Below, piece by piece: positions 1 through 9,050 of a DNA stretch of 64,000 nt. Under the pieces are notes generated by a model, which made no database searches, was not told the origin of the DNA, and was given only the letters and a program-made list of their open reading frames with translations. This stretch comes from a candidate division WOR-3 bacterium (GTDB lineage Bacteria > Hydrothermota > UBA3073). Positions within the stretch are counted from its first letter, which is position 1, and each line of letters starts with the position of its first letter. Location of the stretch: the NCBI GenBank assembly GCA_030606335.1, contig JAUWGP010000001.1, forward strand, positions 30,792 to 94,791, in the 5' to 3' direction. The position numbers and the translations under genes were made by a program.

Positions 1-2013
1 ACCATCCTTTGGCAGGGTATAACTTATCCTGGTTCCACCCATCGATGGATTTGGTGATATATCAACGGCAAATGCAAGACCATTCTCTGACTCTTCAATT
101 CCCTCAATCCAGATTGTATCCACTTTACATGAATCAACAATCTTGTTATCTGTAGGGTCCGTATCACCAAGAAGACATGCCATTCCATAATAATACAAAA
201 TTGCCTTGAATCCTGAAACAGGATCTGTAAGAACATCAGGGTCAAGATAGAAGGGGTCAAATACAACCTGTTCTGTTGCACCAGGACCAAGCGTTAACTC
301 AACAATATCATAGTAAAATCCATTACGAAGCATAACCGTGTCCTGATCTTCATTTAAAGCAGAATAATAACTTGGACTCTCTATCTCAAACCTTGCCTGG
401 AATGTTGTCGTCTCTGCACCTTTGTTATGATACGTTACACTGGGGCTGTAAGTCTCACCACTATATGATGTTGTATCAGGGTAGTGAGGTGGGTCATCTA
501 TTGACACAACCTCTATATCTCCTGGGACAATCGGAACCTTATGATAGATATAAGGATTATCAGTCCTGGGTCCCTCGTCCTGAACATAACTTCCAAGACC
601 AAGGTCGTGCATATATATTATATGAAGCGTATCATTAACAGCTTTGGCAAGACTGGGATATACCTCCACAAGTGATTCTGTCATAGTAAGGTTAACCGGT
701 GGTCCCCAGGTTGAACCATCATCCATTGACCTTGACGCATATATCTCAGCATCTGCAGGATAAGCAGTTATCAAATCCCAGTGCTCTGGTGGAAACTCCT
801 GCCACACACAGTAAAGATTACCATTCTCATCTTCACCAAGAGATGGCTTGTCAGCAAGATGAGTGTTACCATAGGCATTAAGAGTTCCTACACCTTCAGG
901 ATATTCAGAAGGGGATGAGAATGCAATGAGTGAAACAGCAGCCTTATCAGAAGAATAGTGCCAGATAGTATTACGCAGAAATGGGAAATAATATCCAGGT
1001 CCTGTTCTTGTTCCGAAACTTGCACTGAAAACTATATGGAGATTGTCATCGCTGTCAAACATTCCCCATCCTCCAAAATCAGAGTGCCTGCACATATACC
1101 ACTCGTATGTATTTCCTGAAGGAGATGGTATGGCATCCATTACATCTGTATCCCTTCCCCAGGATTGACCACCATCGCTTGATATAGCAAATACTAGATG
1201 GGAGTTGAAAGTGGGTTCCTGAAAATCATTCGTCCACATCATACACGCCTGGTCACTAACTCCTGAAGTAAATAAGTTCTGTCCACTTCTTGAAGCACCA
1301 TAATATATGAGGTCAGACCAGGTAACTCCTGAGTTTGTTGAATATGCAGAATAGACCTCATCACTATCGCCATGCTGTGCGACAACCGCAATCGAATCAT
1401 TTCCTGTAACTCCGACCCTCGGCCATATCACATTGTCTGGTGATAGCTGAACAAAATTAAATACTCCAAGTCCAGCAAGATAATCCACACCTACAGCAGT
1501 AGTGGGTCCAGTCCCTCTATGTAGGGCAACTACTGCCCGTCCGTCAGAGAGCAGATCGATTGTCGCAAATCCTGAACGGGTTGCCTGGCATGCTGTTCCA
1601 CCATTCATACCCTGACCGAATAACCATCCAAAAGCAGGATCATAGCAGTTGTAATACACCTGTCTATCAGGGAATAAAGGGGAAGTAGAATCCGACCATG
1701 TCCATATTAAATGGACATAACTATTATCAGGGTCAAATGCTATCCTGCTAAGACTTGGACCATTGTACTGCCAGTCATAGGTAGTTGAACCGATGGTATC
1801 TATCTCCCCAACAGCAACCTTGGGAAAACCATAATATATACTGCCAACAACATGGGAATAATTACTTGTTTCATTCGGGACATCCCTGTTATCGACCTGC
1901 ATCACTGCCTTACCTATAGTACTGCTCCTCGGGGTCTCCATTATATTTGCCCCGAAAGCAACTGATGCTATGAGCAAAATGCCCATACAGCATACCATTT
2001 TTCTACCCTTCAT
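1..2013 (-). CDS. Secreted BNR/Asp-box-repeat protein with T9SS type A sorting domain (runs off the window start; absent from ORF track)
   Basis: Manual translation from ATG at 2013 (AGGGGG RBS): signal peptide MKGRKMVCCMGILLIASVAFG; Asp-box-like motifs STNSGVTW, SSDGGQSW, SMDDGSTW; ends GIEESENGLAFAVDISPNPSMGGTRISYTLPKDG, the start of a type A CTD; no stop before position 1. Confidence 0.85.
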   Translation of the reverse strand, partial: MKGRKMVCCMGILLIASVAFGANIMETPRSSTIGKAVMQVDNRDVPNETSNYSHVVGSIYYGFPKVAVGEIDTIGSTTYDWQYNGPSLSRIAFDPDNSYVHLIWTWSDSTSPLFPDRQVYYNCYDPAFGWLFGQGMNGGTACQATRSGFATIDLLSDGRAVVALHRGTGPTTAVGVDYLAGLGVFNFVQLSPDNVIWPRVGVTGNDSIAVVAQHGDSDEVYSAYSTNSGVTWSDLIYYGASRSGQNLFTSGVSDQACMMWTNDFQEPTFNSHLVFAISSDGGQSWGRDTDVMDAIPSPSGNTYEWYMCRHSDFGGWGMFDSDDNLHIVFSASFGTRTGPGYYFPFLRNTIWHYSSDKAAVSLIAFSSPSEYPEGVGTLNAYGNTHLADKPSLGEDENGNLYCVWQEFPPEHWDLITAYPADAEIYASRSMDDGSTWGPPVNLTMTESLVEVYPSLAKAVNDTLHIIYMHDLGLGSYVQDEGPRTDNPYIYHKVPIVPGDIEVVSIDDPPHYPDTTSYSGETYSPSVTYHNKGAETTTFQARFEIESPSYYSALNEDQDTVMLRNGFYYDIVELTLGPGATEQVVFDPFYLDPDVLTDPVSGFKAILYYYGMACLLGDTDPTDNKIVDSCKVDTIWIEGIEESENGLAFAVDISPNPSMGGTRISYTLPKDG

Positions 2014-2306
2014 AAACCCCCCTTTCTATAGAAAATCAAAAATGAAATATCAAAATGCAAAAATGAAAACAAAATTTAGAGACAAAAGACATAAAACAGG
2101 AGACAATTCATTTCAGTTTAGATTAAAGAAGCGGTATTGAATAAATTGTATCCACGCTTTCCTGACGGTAGGAAGGGAAGTCAGTAATTATGATTTAAAT
2201 TTTTCTTGTTCATAGCTGTCTGTTACATATGTGACATTCGTGTTTATAATTTTTGCAATTTTATATGTAATTTTAATATTTACATTTTAATTTTTAATTT
2301 ATCTTG

Positions 2307-3278
2307 TTACATTCCAAACGACAGAGATACACGATGAAGTTCTCCTGCCATATATTTATGGTCCTCATAACAGTAGTCCAACGTCGCCTGTGCCAGACGG
2401 AATCCTGCACCAACTGTAAATCCTCTTGAATTCTTTTCAGTATAGCCAGCCCTTAAGAAATAAGAGTCAAAAAGAGAATATTCCAGTCCGACTCCAAAGG
2501 TGGCAAACTGGTCTGATAGGTGTATTATATCTCCTGAAAGCGTTACCCTTGAACCAGGACTTGAATAAATATCTGCTGCGAACCCTCCCTGAAAAGTCAT
2601 TGGAAGAGGATAAGGCTGCGATATTACAGTTGCCCTCTCTCCCCTGTCTCTATCTTCATTCTCAAGGTCGACAATAAGTGCATCACCTGTGTAGTGCATA
2701 TCTGGTCCGAAGTTTCTCATTACAAATCCAAAACGAATGTTATACACACCTGTGTTGTAAACACCTCCAATATCAAAGGCAAGCCCAAAAGCAGAAACTT
2801 CTGCCAAATTCTGATTTATGCCCTTTACTGTAATACCCAGAGAGAACTTATCTGTCATCATTCTTGCATAAGTGATTCCAAGGACATAGTCATTACAGGA
2901 AAATGTATATCCTGTGCCCTCGGGTTCTTCTGCGGTAGTTTCCTCAATGTCCCCTGAAAGGAATGCTTCTATCCCAATCCCCACAGCTCCACTAGCAACT
3001 GGAAACACCGCGGCAAGATTCTCAAGACTTGTTTCTGCGAAGGCTCTGGTGTGTGTTAAATTTATAGACATGGTTCCTAAATTTGCCACCCCAGCAGGAT
3101 TCCAGTATATGCTCTGGATCCCCTCACCTATCGCTGAATATGCACCACCAAGGGCAACGGGTCTTGCTCCGCCCCCAATCGTCAGAAAGGAAGCACCTGC
3201 TCCACCAAGCTGTACACCAAATAGATACGGCACATTCACAGTCAGTATTAAAACGATTATTATGGATATTTTTTTCAT
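2307..3278 (-). CDS. PorV/PorQ-family outer-membrane beta-barrel
   Basis: Signal peptide; FLTIGGGARPVALGGAY, SIYWNPAG, FDIG, LRAGY motifs; C-terminal HRVSLSFGM. Confidence 0.85.
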   Translation of the reverse strand: MKKISIIIVLILTVNVPYLFGVQLGGAGASFLTIGGGARPVALGGAYSAIGEGIQSIYWNPAGVANLGTMSINLTHTRAFAETSLENLAAVFPVASGAVGIGIEAFLSGDIEETTAEEPEGTGYTFSCNDYVLGITYARMMTDKFSLGITVKGINQNLAEVSAFGLAFDIGGVYNTGVYNIRFGFVMRNFGPDMHYTGDALIVDLENEDRDRGERATVISQPYPLPMTFQGGFAADIYSSPGSRVTLSGDIIHLSDQFATFGVGLEYSLFDSYFLRAGYTEKNSRGFTVGAGFRLAQATLDYCYEDHKYMAGELHRVSLSFGM

Positions 3279-3370
3279 AACCTCCTCCTGGTATAATGTT
3301 CATTATACCTGATTACTCAGATTAAAATATAAATCTCTTTACTTGACAACTTTTATTACCAATCCGTTAG

Positions 3371-3517
3371 CTAACGGATAACTAATAATCCCTCTTGAGT
3401 AAGTGCTAATTTTAATGCATTATGGTATATCTTTTCATTAAACCCAAGTTCTAATTCTCTGTGAACCTTAAAACAGCAAGCTATTATTCGTTCTGTAAGT
3501 GGATCTCTATCCTTCAT
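3371..3517 (-). pseudogene. Internally deleted GxxExxY (PD-(D/E)xK-like) gene remnant
   Basis: Reads MKDRDPLTERIIACCFKVHRELELGFNEKIYHNALKLALTQEGLLV, then an 18-bp palindrome introduces TAG; the family C-terminus GNKSCQVKRFIF follows immediately (to ~3330). Confidence 0.75.
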
Positions 3518-3590
3518 CTGTGAAATCTAATTCTAATCAATGTAATCAGACATCCTGATCTTTATAGGACGTCTCTCAATGTGAGGTAGT

Positions 3591-5357
3591 TTAAAATGGT
3601 TTTGAAAAAACCTTAACAAGGTCATTTACTGTATCTGTTACATAGACTTTATCAGCGTAAACCATAAGATTATGGGGACTCATAAGTTGACTCATCCCAT
3701 CTCCCTGCATCCCCCATCTCGTAACAAACTCTCCAACTTCGTTCACCACCTGTATCCTGTGATTGTCAGTATCTGTTATGTAGAGGTTGTTTTCGCACCA
3801 GAAAATACCCTGAAGCCCCACGAATTGTCCATCCACGTTTCCAGTTTCACCCCACTCATCAACGAAATCGCCATCCTTGGTAAATACCTGAACCCTGCTG
3901 TTCTGAGTATCTGTTATGTAAAGCCTATCGGTATTATCCTGGGTTATGCCAGTTGGCCTTTCAAACTGCCCATCCTCAGAGCCCTTCTCTCCCCATACTG
4001 TGATATGTCCACCAGCCTTAGTAAATTTGTGTATCCTGTTATTTCCAAACTCTGTAACATAGATAAAGTCATCATCTATTACTATACCACAGGGGTACTT
4101 CAGACAGGTATCCTGTGTTCCAACACTACCAAAACTGTCTACCCTTGTTCCGTTATTTTTATCCAGCTTCAATATACGATGACTCGCCCATTCGGTCACA
4201 TAAACATGTCCATCGTCAACACCAACATCCCTTGGTGAACTGAAACTATTCCATTCTGCAACAGGAGCACCTGACATATCAAACTTCCTTACAACACCTT
4301 CACTAAAATAGGCAACATATATATTTATCCCATCTGTGGTAATACCTGTGGGTTGGATTCCCTCACCAAAATTCGCTTCATAAAGGTTAACAATTTTAAC
4401 CTCCCAGGAATTTGACCATACACTCATAGCATCATAACGGTCCTTGGTCCTTACTCTTACCTGGAATGTTCCAGATGTATCAGCATATGAATATGAAGCA
4501 GAATAGAAATTTAGAGTATCCTGACTGAAATCACTTGTATCCCCATTCCCCCAGGCAAATTGAAATGCCTTTTTCTGTTCATCTGGGTCTGTATCATCCT
4601 CATGTCCTTCTGCCTGAAATTCATAAGGCGTCGATGCAAACCCGGAATCAGGTCCTGAGTTAATTGTAGGTTTTAAGGGTGGTCTATTTTGAACATATAT
4701 AGTATCAGATGGTGACCAATCCGATATTCCACCTGACTCATTCCTGGCTCTTGCCTGGATTACATAGTTCCCGGTATCTCCAAGCGTGTATGTTACCTTA
4801 AAAAGTGTATCACTCTGGAAACCCGACCAATCACGAAGATAATCGTTACAAGAAAACTGGCATGATATCCTATCTCCTGTAACACCTGGTTGGGAGACAG
4901 CGGCAAATACATTATATTTGCCAAAATGGAGTGTATCAGGTAGTCCTGGAGAAAAGGTTGAATCCAAAATGGCAGGAATTGATGGCGGAGGCATCTTTGT
5001 AGCAATCGTAACTGTGCGTGTTCCGGACCATTCAGATTCCTTATTGTGTATATCTTTCGCTTTTGCCTTTATTTCATAAGCATTTGGAGTTGTCCATGAA
5101 TGGGAAAAATAGATAGTACTACCTTCAGTTATAAAATCACTCCATCCTGATAGCTCACCATCATCCCAATCAATTTGATAAGAGACATCGTCACCATCGA
5201 GGTCAGTAGTAGAAGTGTAGAATGTATATGTACTGTCTACCCAACCATTATCAACTCCATAAGGGATGGATGGATCTTTAGGAACAGCATTTTGTTTGCA
5301 TCCCATGATTATGAGCAAAGGCATAATAACAAATATCAAAGCGACATATCTTCTCAT
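3591..5357 (-). CDS. Lipoprotein with PKD-like domains and C-terminal NHL-repeat beta-propeller
   Basis: Lipobox IIMG-C; DWDDG/AWGNGD PKD-type motifs; NHL repeats (GQFERPTGI, YITDTQNSRVQVF, YITDTDNHRIQV). Confidence 0.8.
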   Translation of the reverse strand: MRRYVALIFVIMPLLIIMGCKQNAVPKDPSIPYGVDNGWVDSTYTFYTSTTDLDGDDVSYQIDWDDGELSGWSDFITEGSTIYFSHSWTTPNAYEIKAKAKDIHNKESEWSGTRTVTIATKMPPPSIPAILDSTFSPGLPDTLHFGKYNVFAAVSQPGVTGDRISCQFSCNDYLRDWSGFQSDTLFKVTYTLGDTGNYVIQARARNESGGISDWSPSDTIYVQNRPPLKPTINSGPDSGFASTPYEFQAEGHEDDTDPDEQKKAFQFAWGNGDTSDFSQDTLNFYSASYSYADTSGTFQVRVRTKDRYDAMSVWSNSWEVKIVNLYEANFGEGIQPTGITTDGINIYVAYFSEGVVRKFDMSGAPVAEWNSFSSPRDVGVDDGHVYVTEWASHRILKLDKNNGTRVDSFGSVGTQDTCLKYPCGIVIDDDFIYVTEFGNNRIHKFTKAGGHITVWGEKGSEDGQFERPTGITQDNTDRLYITDTQNSRVQVFTKDGDFVDEWGETGNVDGQFVGLQGIFWCENNLYITDTDNHRIQVVNEVGEFVTRWGMQGDGMSQLMSPHNLMVYADKVYVTDTVNDLVKVFSKPF

Positions 5358-5527
5358 CGTACCCCCAGTTAAAAATGTTAAATGAACAGGTTGAAAAGGA
5401 AAATTATCAATTACAAATTACCAATTTCCAATTAGGGATTAAACTCAATGATAAAGATGATTTTCAAATCCATAATACTTTTTACTTTTATATTTGATTT
5501 TTGATATTTGATATTTAATTTATTACC

Positions 5528-8500
5528 TTATCTTACTACAGCAAATTTGCCAACCTTTTCCTTGCCATCAGGTGTAATCACCTGGTATATATAGAGTCCG
5601 CTTGTAACTTCATAACCTCCTTTAGTTTTCAAATCCCATGCGTGAGCACCCTGCTCCTTTTCGTCACCCATAATGTCAGGTCTAAAATAGGTAGCTATTG
5701 TCTCATCATGCTCAATCTCCCTTAAAAGGAGTCCGGCAACATTGAATATTCTTATGGTACATTCAGAAGGTAGTCCCTGAAAATAAATCTTCCTTTCGTA
5801 TTCTGATGGTCCATCCCAGACCGCTGATACATAATATGGATTTGGGACCACACTTATATTATCAAGAGAGTATGAAGTCTTGAGCTTTTTGGATGTGGTA
5901 TGTACTGCAAATTCATCTTCAGTTGTACTTCGTATAAGTAACTTTACAATATAAATATCTCCGGTTTCAGGATATGAGAATGCAGAATCCTTTTGCATTG
6001 CTTCCATAGTTATATATACCCTTGGGTTAGGATCCCACGAAATGATAATCTTTAAAGAGATAGGATTGGGATCCGGATAGATCGAATTAGGATTACCAGT
6101 GTAAAAGAAGTCTGTTGGCTCTCCAGTATTTAAATTCCAGATCTCGAATGGAGCTTTCCTTCCAACAAAATCGTAACTACCAGTATCAGAAAAGATAATA
6201 TGATAATTATAACGAGGTTCTACAGAAAGGTTCGAGACTGGAGTAAATTCAAAATCAAAATCTGAATTCCCCTTAATCCATCCTGTCTCCTCATCATCAA
6301 TTACTCTCTCCCTATCAATTTCTGGTCGCAATACTGTGGCAAGTTGGAATGAGAGACCCTCAATAACCTCGGTTGCCTCAAGATCTATATATGTGCTACT
6401 GTCTACCAATATTATCTCACTGTCTCCATCCATTCTAACCAACTGCCAGAAATCTGCTGAATCTGTTCCAGGGCTGTTGGTTCCAAATCTCAATTTATAC
6501 TGTGCATCTAATACCTCATTCGGATTTGCAATGTATGCCTCAAACCGTATGTCACCGGACCCACCGGTCCTCTCAATATTAGGTTGTGACGGGAATTGAT
6601 AATCCACAGCCTCTTTTCTTGGTATTGCCCAGTATTTCTTACCTGACATACCACTCTCCAGCTCCTCTACTGCCAGATAAGGAATTGGACGGGAATATGA
6701 ATTTACAGAGTAATAGTATCTTACTCCATTAATAAGGTCTTCATCGACATAGTACCTTTTTAAACCACCTTCGTTTCCATGTGTATCACCAATATAGCTC
6801 TTTATAACAAACTGGTCACCATCATTGGGGTCTATATCTGCACCTGGCTGTGAGGGGTCATACTCTCCATCACTTATGGATACATAGAACCCATCCATAT
6901 ATATTACACTTCCAGATATATAACCCGGATTGGTCTCATAAGCATCTGCCTCCATATTCTCCTTTATACAGAAACCACCTCCGCTTTCCTCAGCTAATTC
7001 CCTATAAGGATAAAGTATCATCTCTGTAACGTTGTATACACTAAAATGATTATCACTGTCAAAATCTATTGTATATACAGTAGTTGTAAGCAGTTGGTCA
7101 AAACCATCAATGAATTCAAGAAACTCTATCTGAGCATTAGATACTCCTTTTTGATATTTTACCATAACAGTATCTTTTGTATACGAATCGATAAAGTCAT
7201 AATCTACGAGGATTTCCCAATCTCCAGCAACCCCTGTCAAGCTTTTATAAACCCTGTATCCTTCAAATGTTAATTCTCCACTCATTGGACACACGTAGCT
7301 TTCAGGGGATGTATCCCATGCCAAATATACACTCTCATCAGCAGGTATTATTTCTACGCTTGGTGATGGTGGAGGAGAAAAGCCAAGATACCCATTCTCA
7401 AACTGTGTGAGTGCATATCGTGCTCTATATCTTAACTCATCGAGTGTTTCTCCTACAACTATAGCAACAGTAAAATCAACCTCATCTCCGGGTTCACCAA
7501 AGGGAGCAAGATCAAATGGTCCACTTGAGGCAAGCTGCCTTATATCTTGTGCAACTGACCATGTCATAAATGATGTCCTTGCCATATAATCATGTCTCAT
7601 TGCATCCTGAAGGTCCTCATCTATAGGGTCTCCATACAGCCAGGTTTGAACTCCGGTTAGACCCCTGTCATAAGGGCTCTCGCACATTATCCCTCCAACA
7701 TATCCTGCCTTCGTGGTCCAGCCTGGCTCATAACCATCAGAGTCATATGAATATGTAAGGTTAAGTAACCGGTCGAATCCCATCATATCATCCCATGCTC
7801 CCTGGTCAGTCTCATTAATTCCTGCACCAATATCATTATCCATGAAGTGTGCAACATAAACATCCTTGAGACGATAGGAATTCATATTTTTTATCTTCCA
7901 GTTTATAAAGAAATATGCGTCGTTGTATGGGTAGTTCCAGCAGTATGTTCTTTCCTCTATTCTTATTCCCACCTGGGTGCCTGCATAGGGACCTGCATCC
8001 CTTATCCATATCGTGGTAGCATCCCCGGCTGGTATATAATCACCTGCAACTGCATAGGTATCCTCAAGAGATATTACATCCCCATTTTCTGGGTCTACCC
8101 AAGTTGATGAATCTGGTCTCCTTGCATTTATAAGTGTATCCACGAACGGCCACAATGCCTGGTAGTCCTTAGGCTCACTACCTGGTTGTGCAAATAGAAA
8201 ATCGCCTTCGCCTGTTCCCTTTCTTATGCGCTGAGTTGAAAAACATAAACCCAAATACGAATAGTCATTTCCTCCAATATCCGCAACCTCCGGGATACTC
8301 ATAGCACCCAGGTCAGAGGAATAGGCAGTTTCAATGCTTTTGGGAACCCAGGTAGTATCCCCAGCATCTACTACAGGACATAGTGCATTTACCCAGAGTC
8401 CAGAGGCATAGGTATAAAATTGATTTGAACCAGCAGGATATTCACATGCCAGGCCCCTCAAATCAGGGTACACATCCTGAGACCAGAATGGGAAGCCGCC

Positions 8501-8764
8501 ATCATAGTAATCCCAGTCAGGGGGTCTGACAAATGGACCTCCTCCCTGCAATGTATTGCTTATCATATAGTCAGTTACATTACCCATACCAATCCATGCT
8601 ATCATCCACCAGTCTGCGGGTTTATATGTAATCTCCCCCTTTGTTCCAGCACCAGGGTTATATGGCTCTCTCAATTGCATATTCAACTTACTATCAGGCG
8701 GCAGAGCCAGCAGTATTGTGGGAATAAGTATTACTGCGATAGCCAATAATATTTTCCTATTCAT
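5528..8764 (-). CDS. Large secreted protein with Fn3-like region and atypical T9SS/FlgD-like C-terminal domain
   Basis: Signal peptide; FEGYRVYKS and NGVRYYYSV motifs; C-terminus VVPNPY..KIYF.GLP..CTIRIF..WDL..SGLYIY..GKFAVVR; paralogous to 29144-31951. Confidence 0.75.
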   Translation of the reverse strand: MNRKILLAIAVILIPTILLALPPDSKLNMQLREPYNPGAGTKGEITYKPADWWMIAWIGMGNVTDYMISNTLQGGGPFVRPPDWDYYDGGFPFWSQDVYPDLRGLACEYPAGSNQFYTYASGLWVNALCPVVDAGDTTWVPKSIETAYSSDLGAMSIPEVADIGGNDYSYLGLCFSTQRIRKGTGEGDFLFAQPGSEPKDYQALWPFVDTLINARRPDSSTWVDPENGDVISLEDTYAVAGDYIPAGDATTIWIRDAGPYAGTQVGIRIEERTYCWNYPYNDAYFFINWKIKNMNSYRLKDVYVAHFMDNDIGAGINETDQGAWDDMMGFDRLLNLTYSYDSDGYEPGWTTKAGYVGGIMCESPYDRGLTGVQTWLYGDPIDEDLQDAMRHDYMARTSFMTWSVAQDIRQLASSGPFDLAPFGEPGDEVDFTVAIVVGETLDELRYRARYALTQFENGYLGFSPPPSPSVEIIPADESVYLAWDTSPESYVCPMSGELTFEGYRVYKSLTGVAGDWEILVDYDFIDSYTKDTVMVKYQKGVSNAQIEFLEFIDGFDQLLTTTVYTIDFDSDNHFSVYNVTEMILYPYRELAEESGGGFCIKENMEADAYETNPGYISGSVIYMDGFYVSISDGEYDPSQPGADIDPNDGDQFVIKSYIGDTHGNEGGLKRYYVDEDLINGVRYYYSVNSYSRPIPYLAVEELESGMSGKKYWAIPRKEAVDYQFPSQPNIERTGGSGDIRFEAYIANPNEVLDAQYKLRFGTNSPGTDSADFWQLVRMDGDSEIILVDSSTYIDLEATEVIEGLSFQLATVLRPEIDRERVIDDEETGWIKGNSDFDFEFTPVSNLSVEPRYNYHIIFSDTGSYDFVGRKAPFEIWNLNTGEPTDFFYTGNPNSIYPDPNPISLKIIISWDPNPRVYITMEAMQKDSAFSYPETGDIYIVKLLIRSTTEDEFAVHTTSKKLKTSYSLDNISVVPNPYYVSAVWDGPSEYERKIYFQGLPSECTIRIFNVAGLLLREIEHDETIATYFRPDIMGDEKEQGAHAWDLKTKGGYEVTSGLYIYQVITPDGKEKVGKFAVVR

Positions 8765-8854
8765 ATCTCCTCCTATTCGCCATAAATAAAATTTATTCTT
8801 TATAAAAATTTTATAATGTTCCCAACTCTCTTGCTAACCGACAAGAGTACTCCT

Positions 8855-9000
8855 GTCATTTCAATCGTTAGCTAAACAATCTCATCACTTATTATCAATC
8901 CTTCCCAATATGAGATTGCTTCGACCTGATATTCATCAGTTCTCGCAATGACAGAAAGTAGTGTGTCATTGCGAGCGAACAAAGTGAGCGTGGCAATCCC
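8855..9000. repeat. REP/RPE-like palindromic repeat cluster (GTCATTGCGAG..GCAATC / GATTGC..CTCGCAATGAC)
   Basis: GAGATTGCTTCG..TCTCGCAATGAC followed by GTCATTGCGAGCG..GTGGCAATC; same family at ~15227, ~39906, ~55975, ~57030. Confidence 0.75.
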
Positions 9001-9050
9001 ATTTGTCTATAACTATCACTCCTTAAATGAGATTACCCATCTTAATATAA

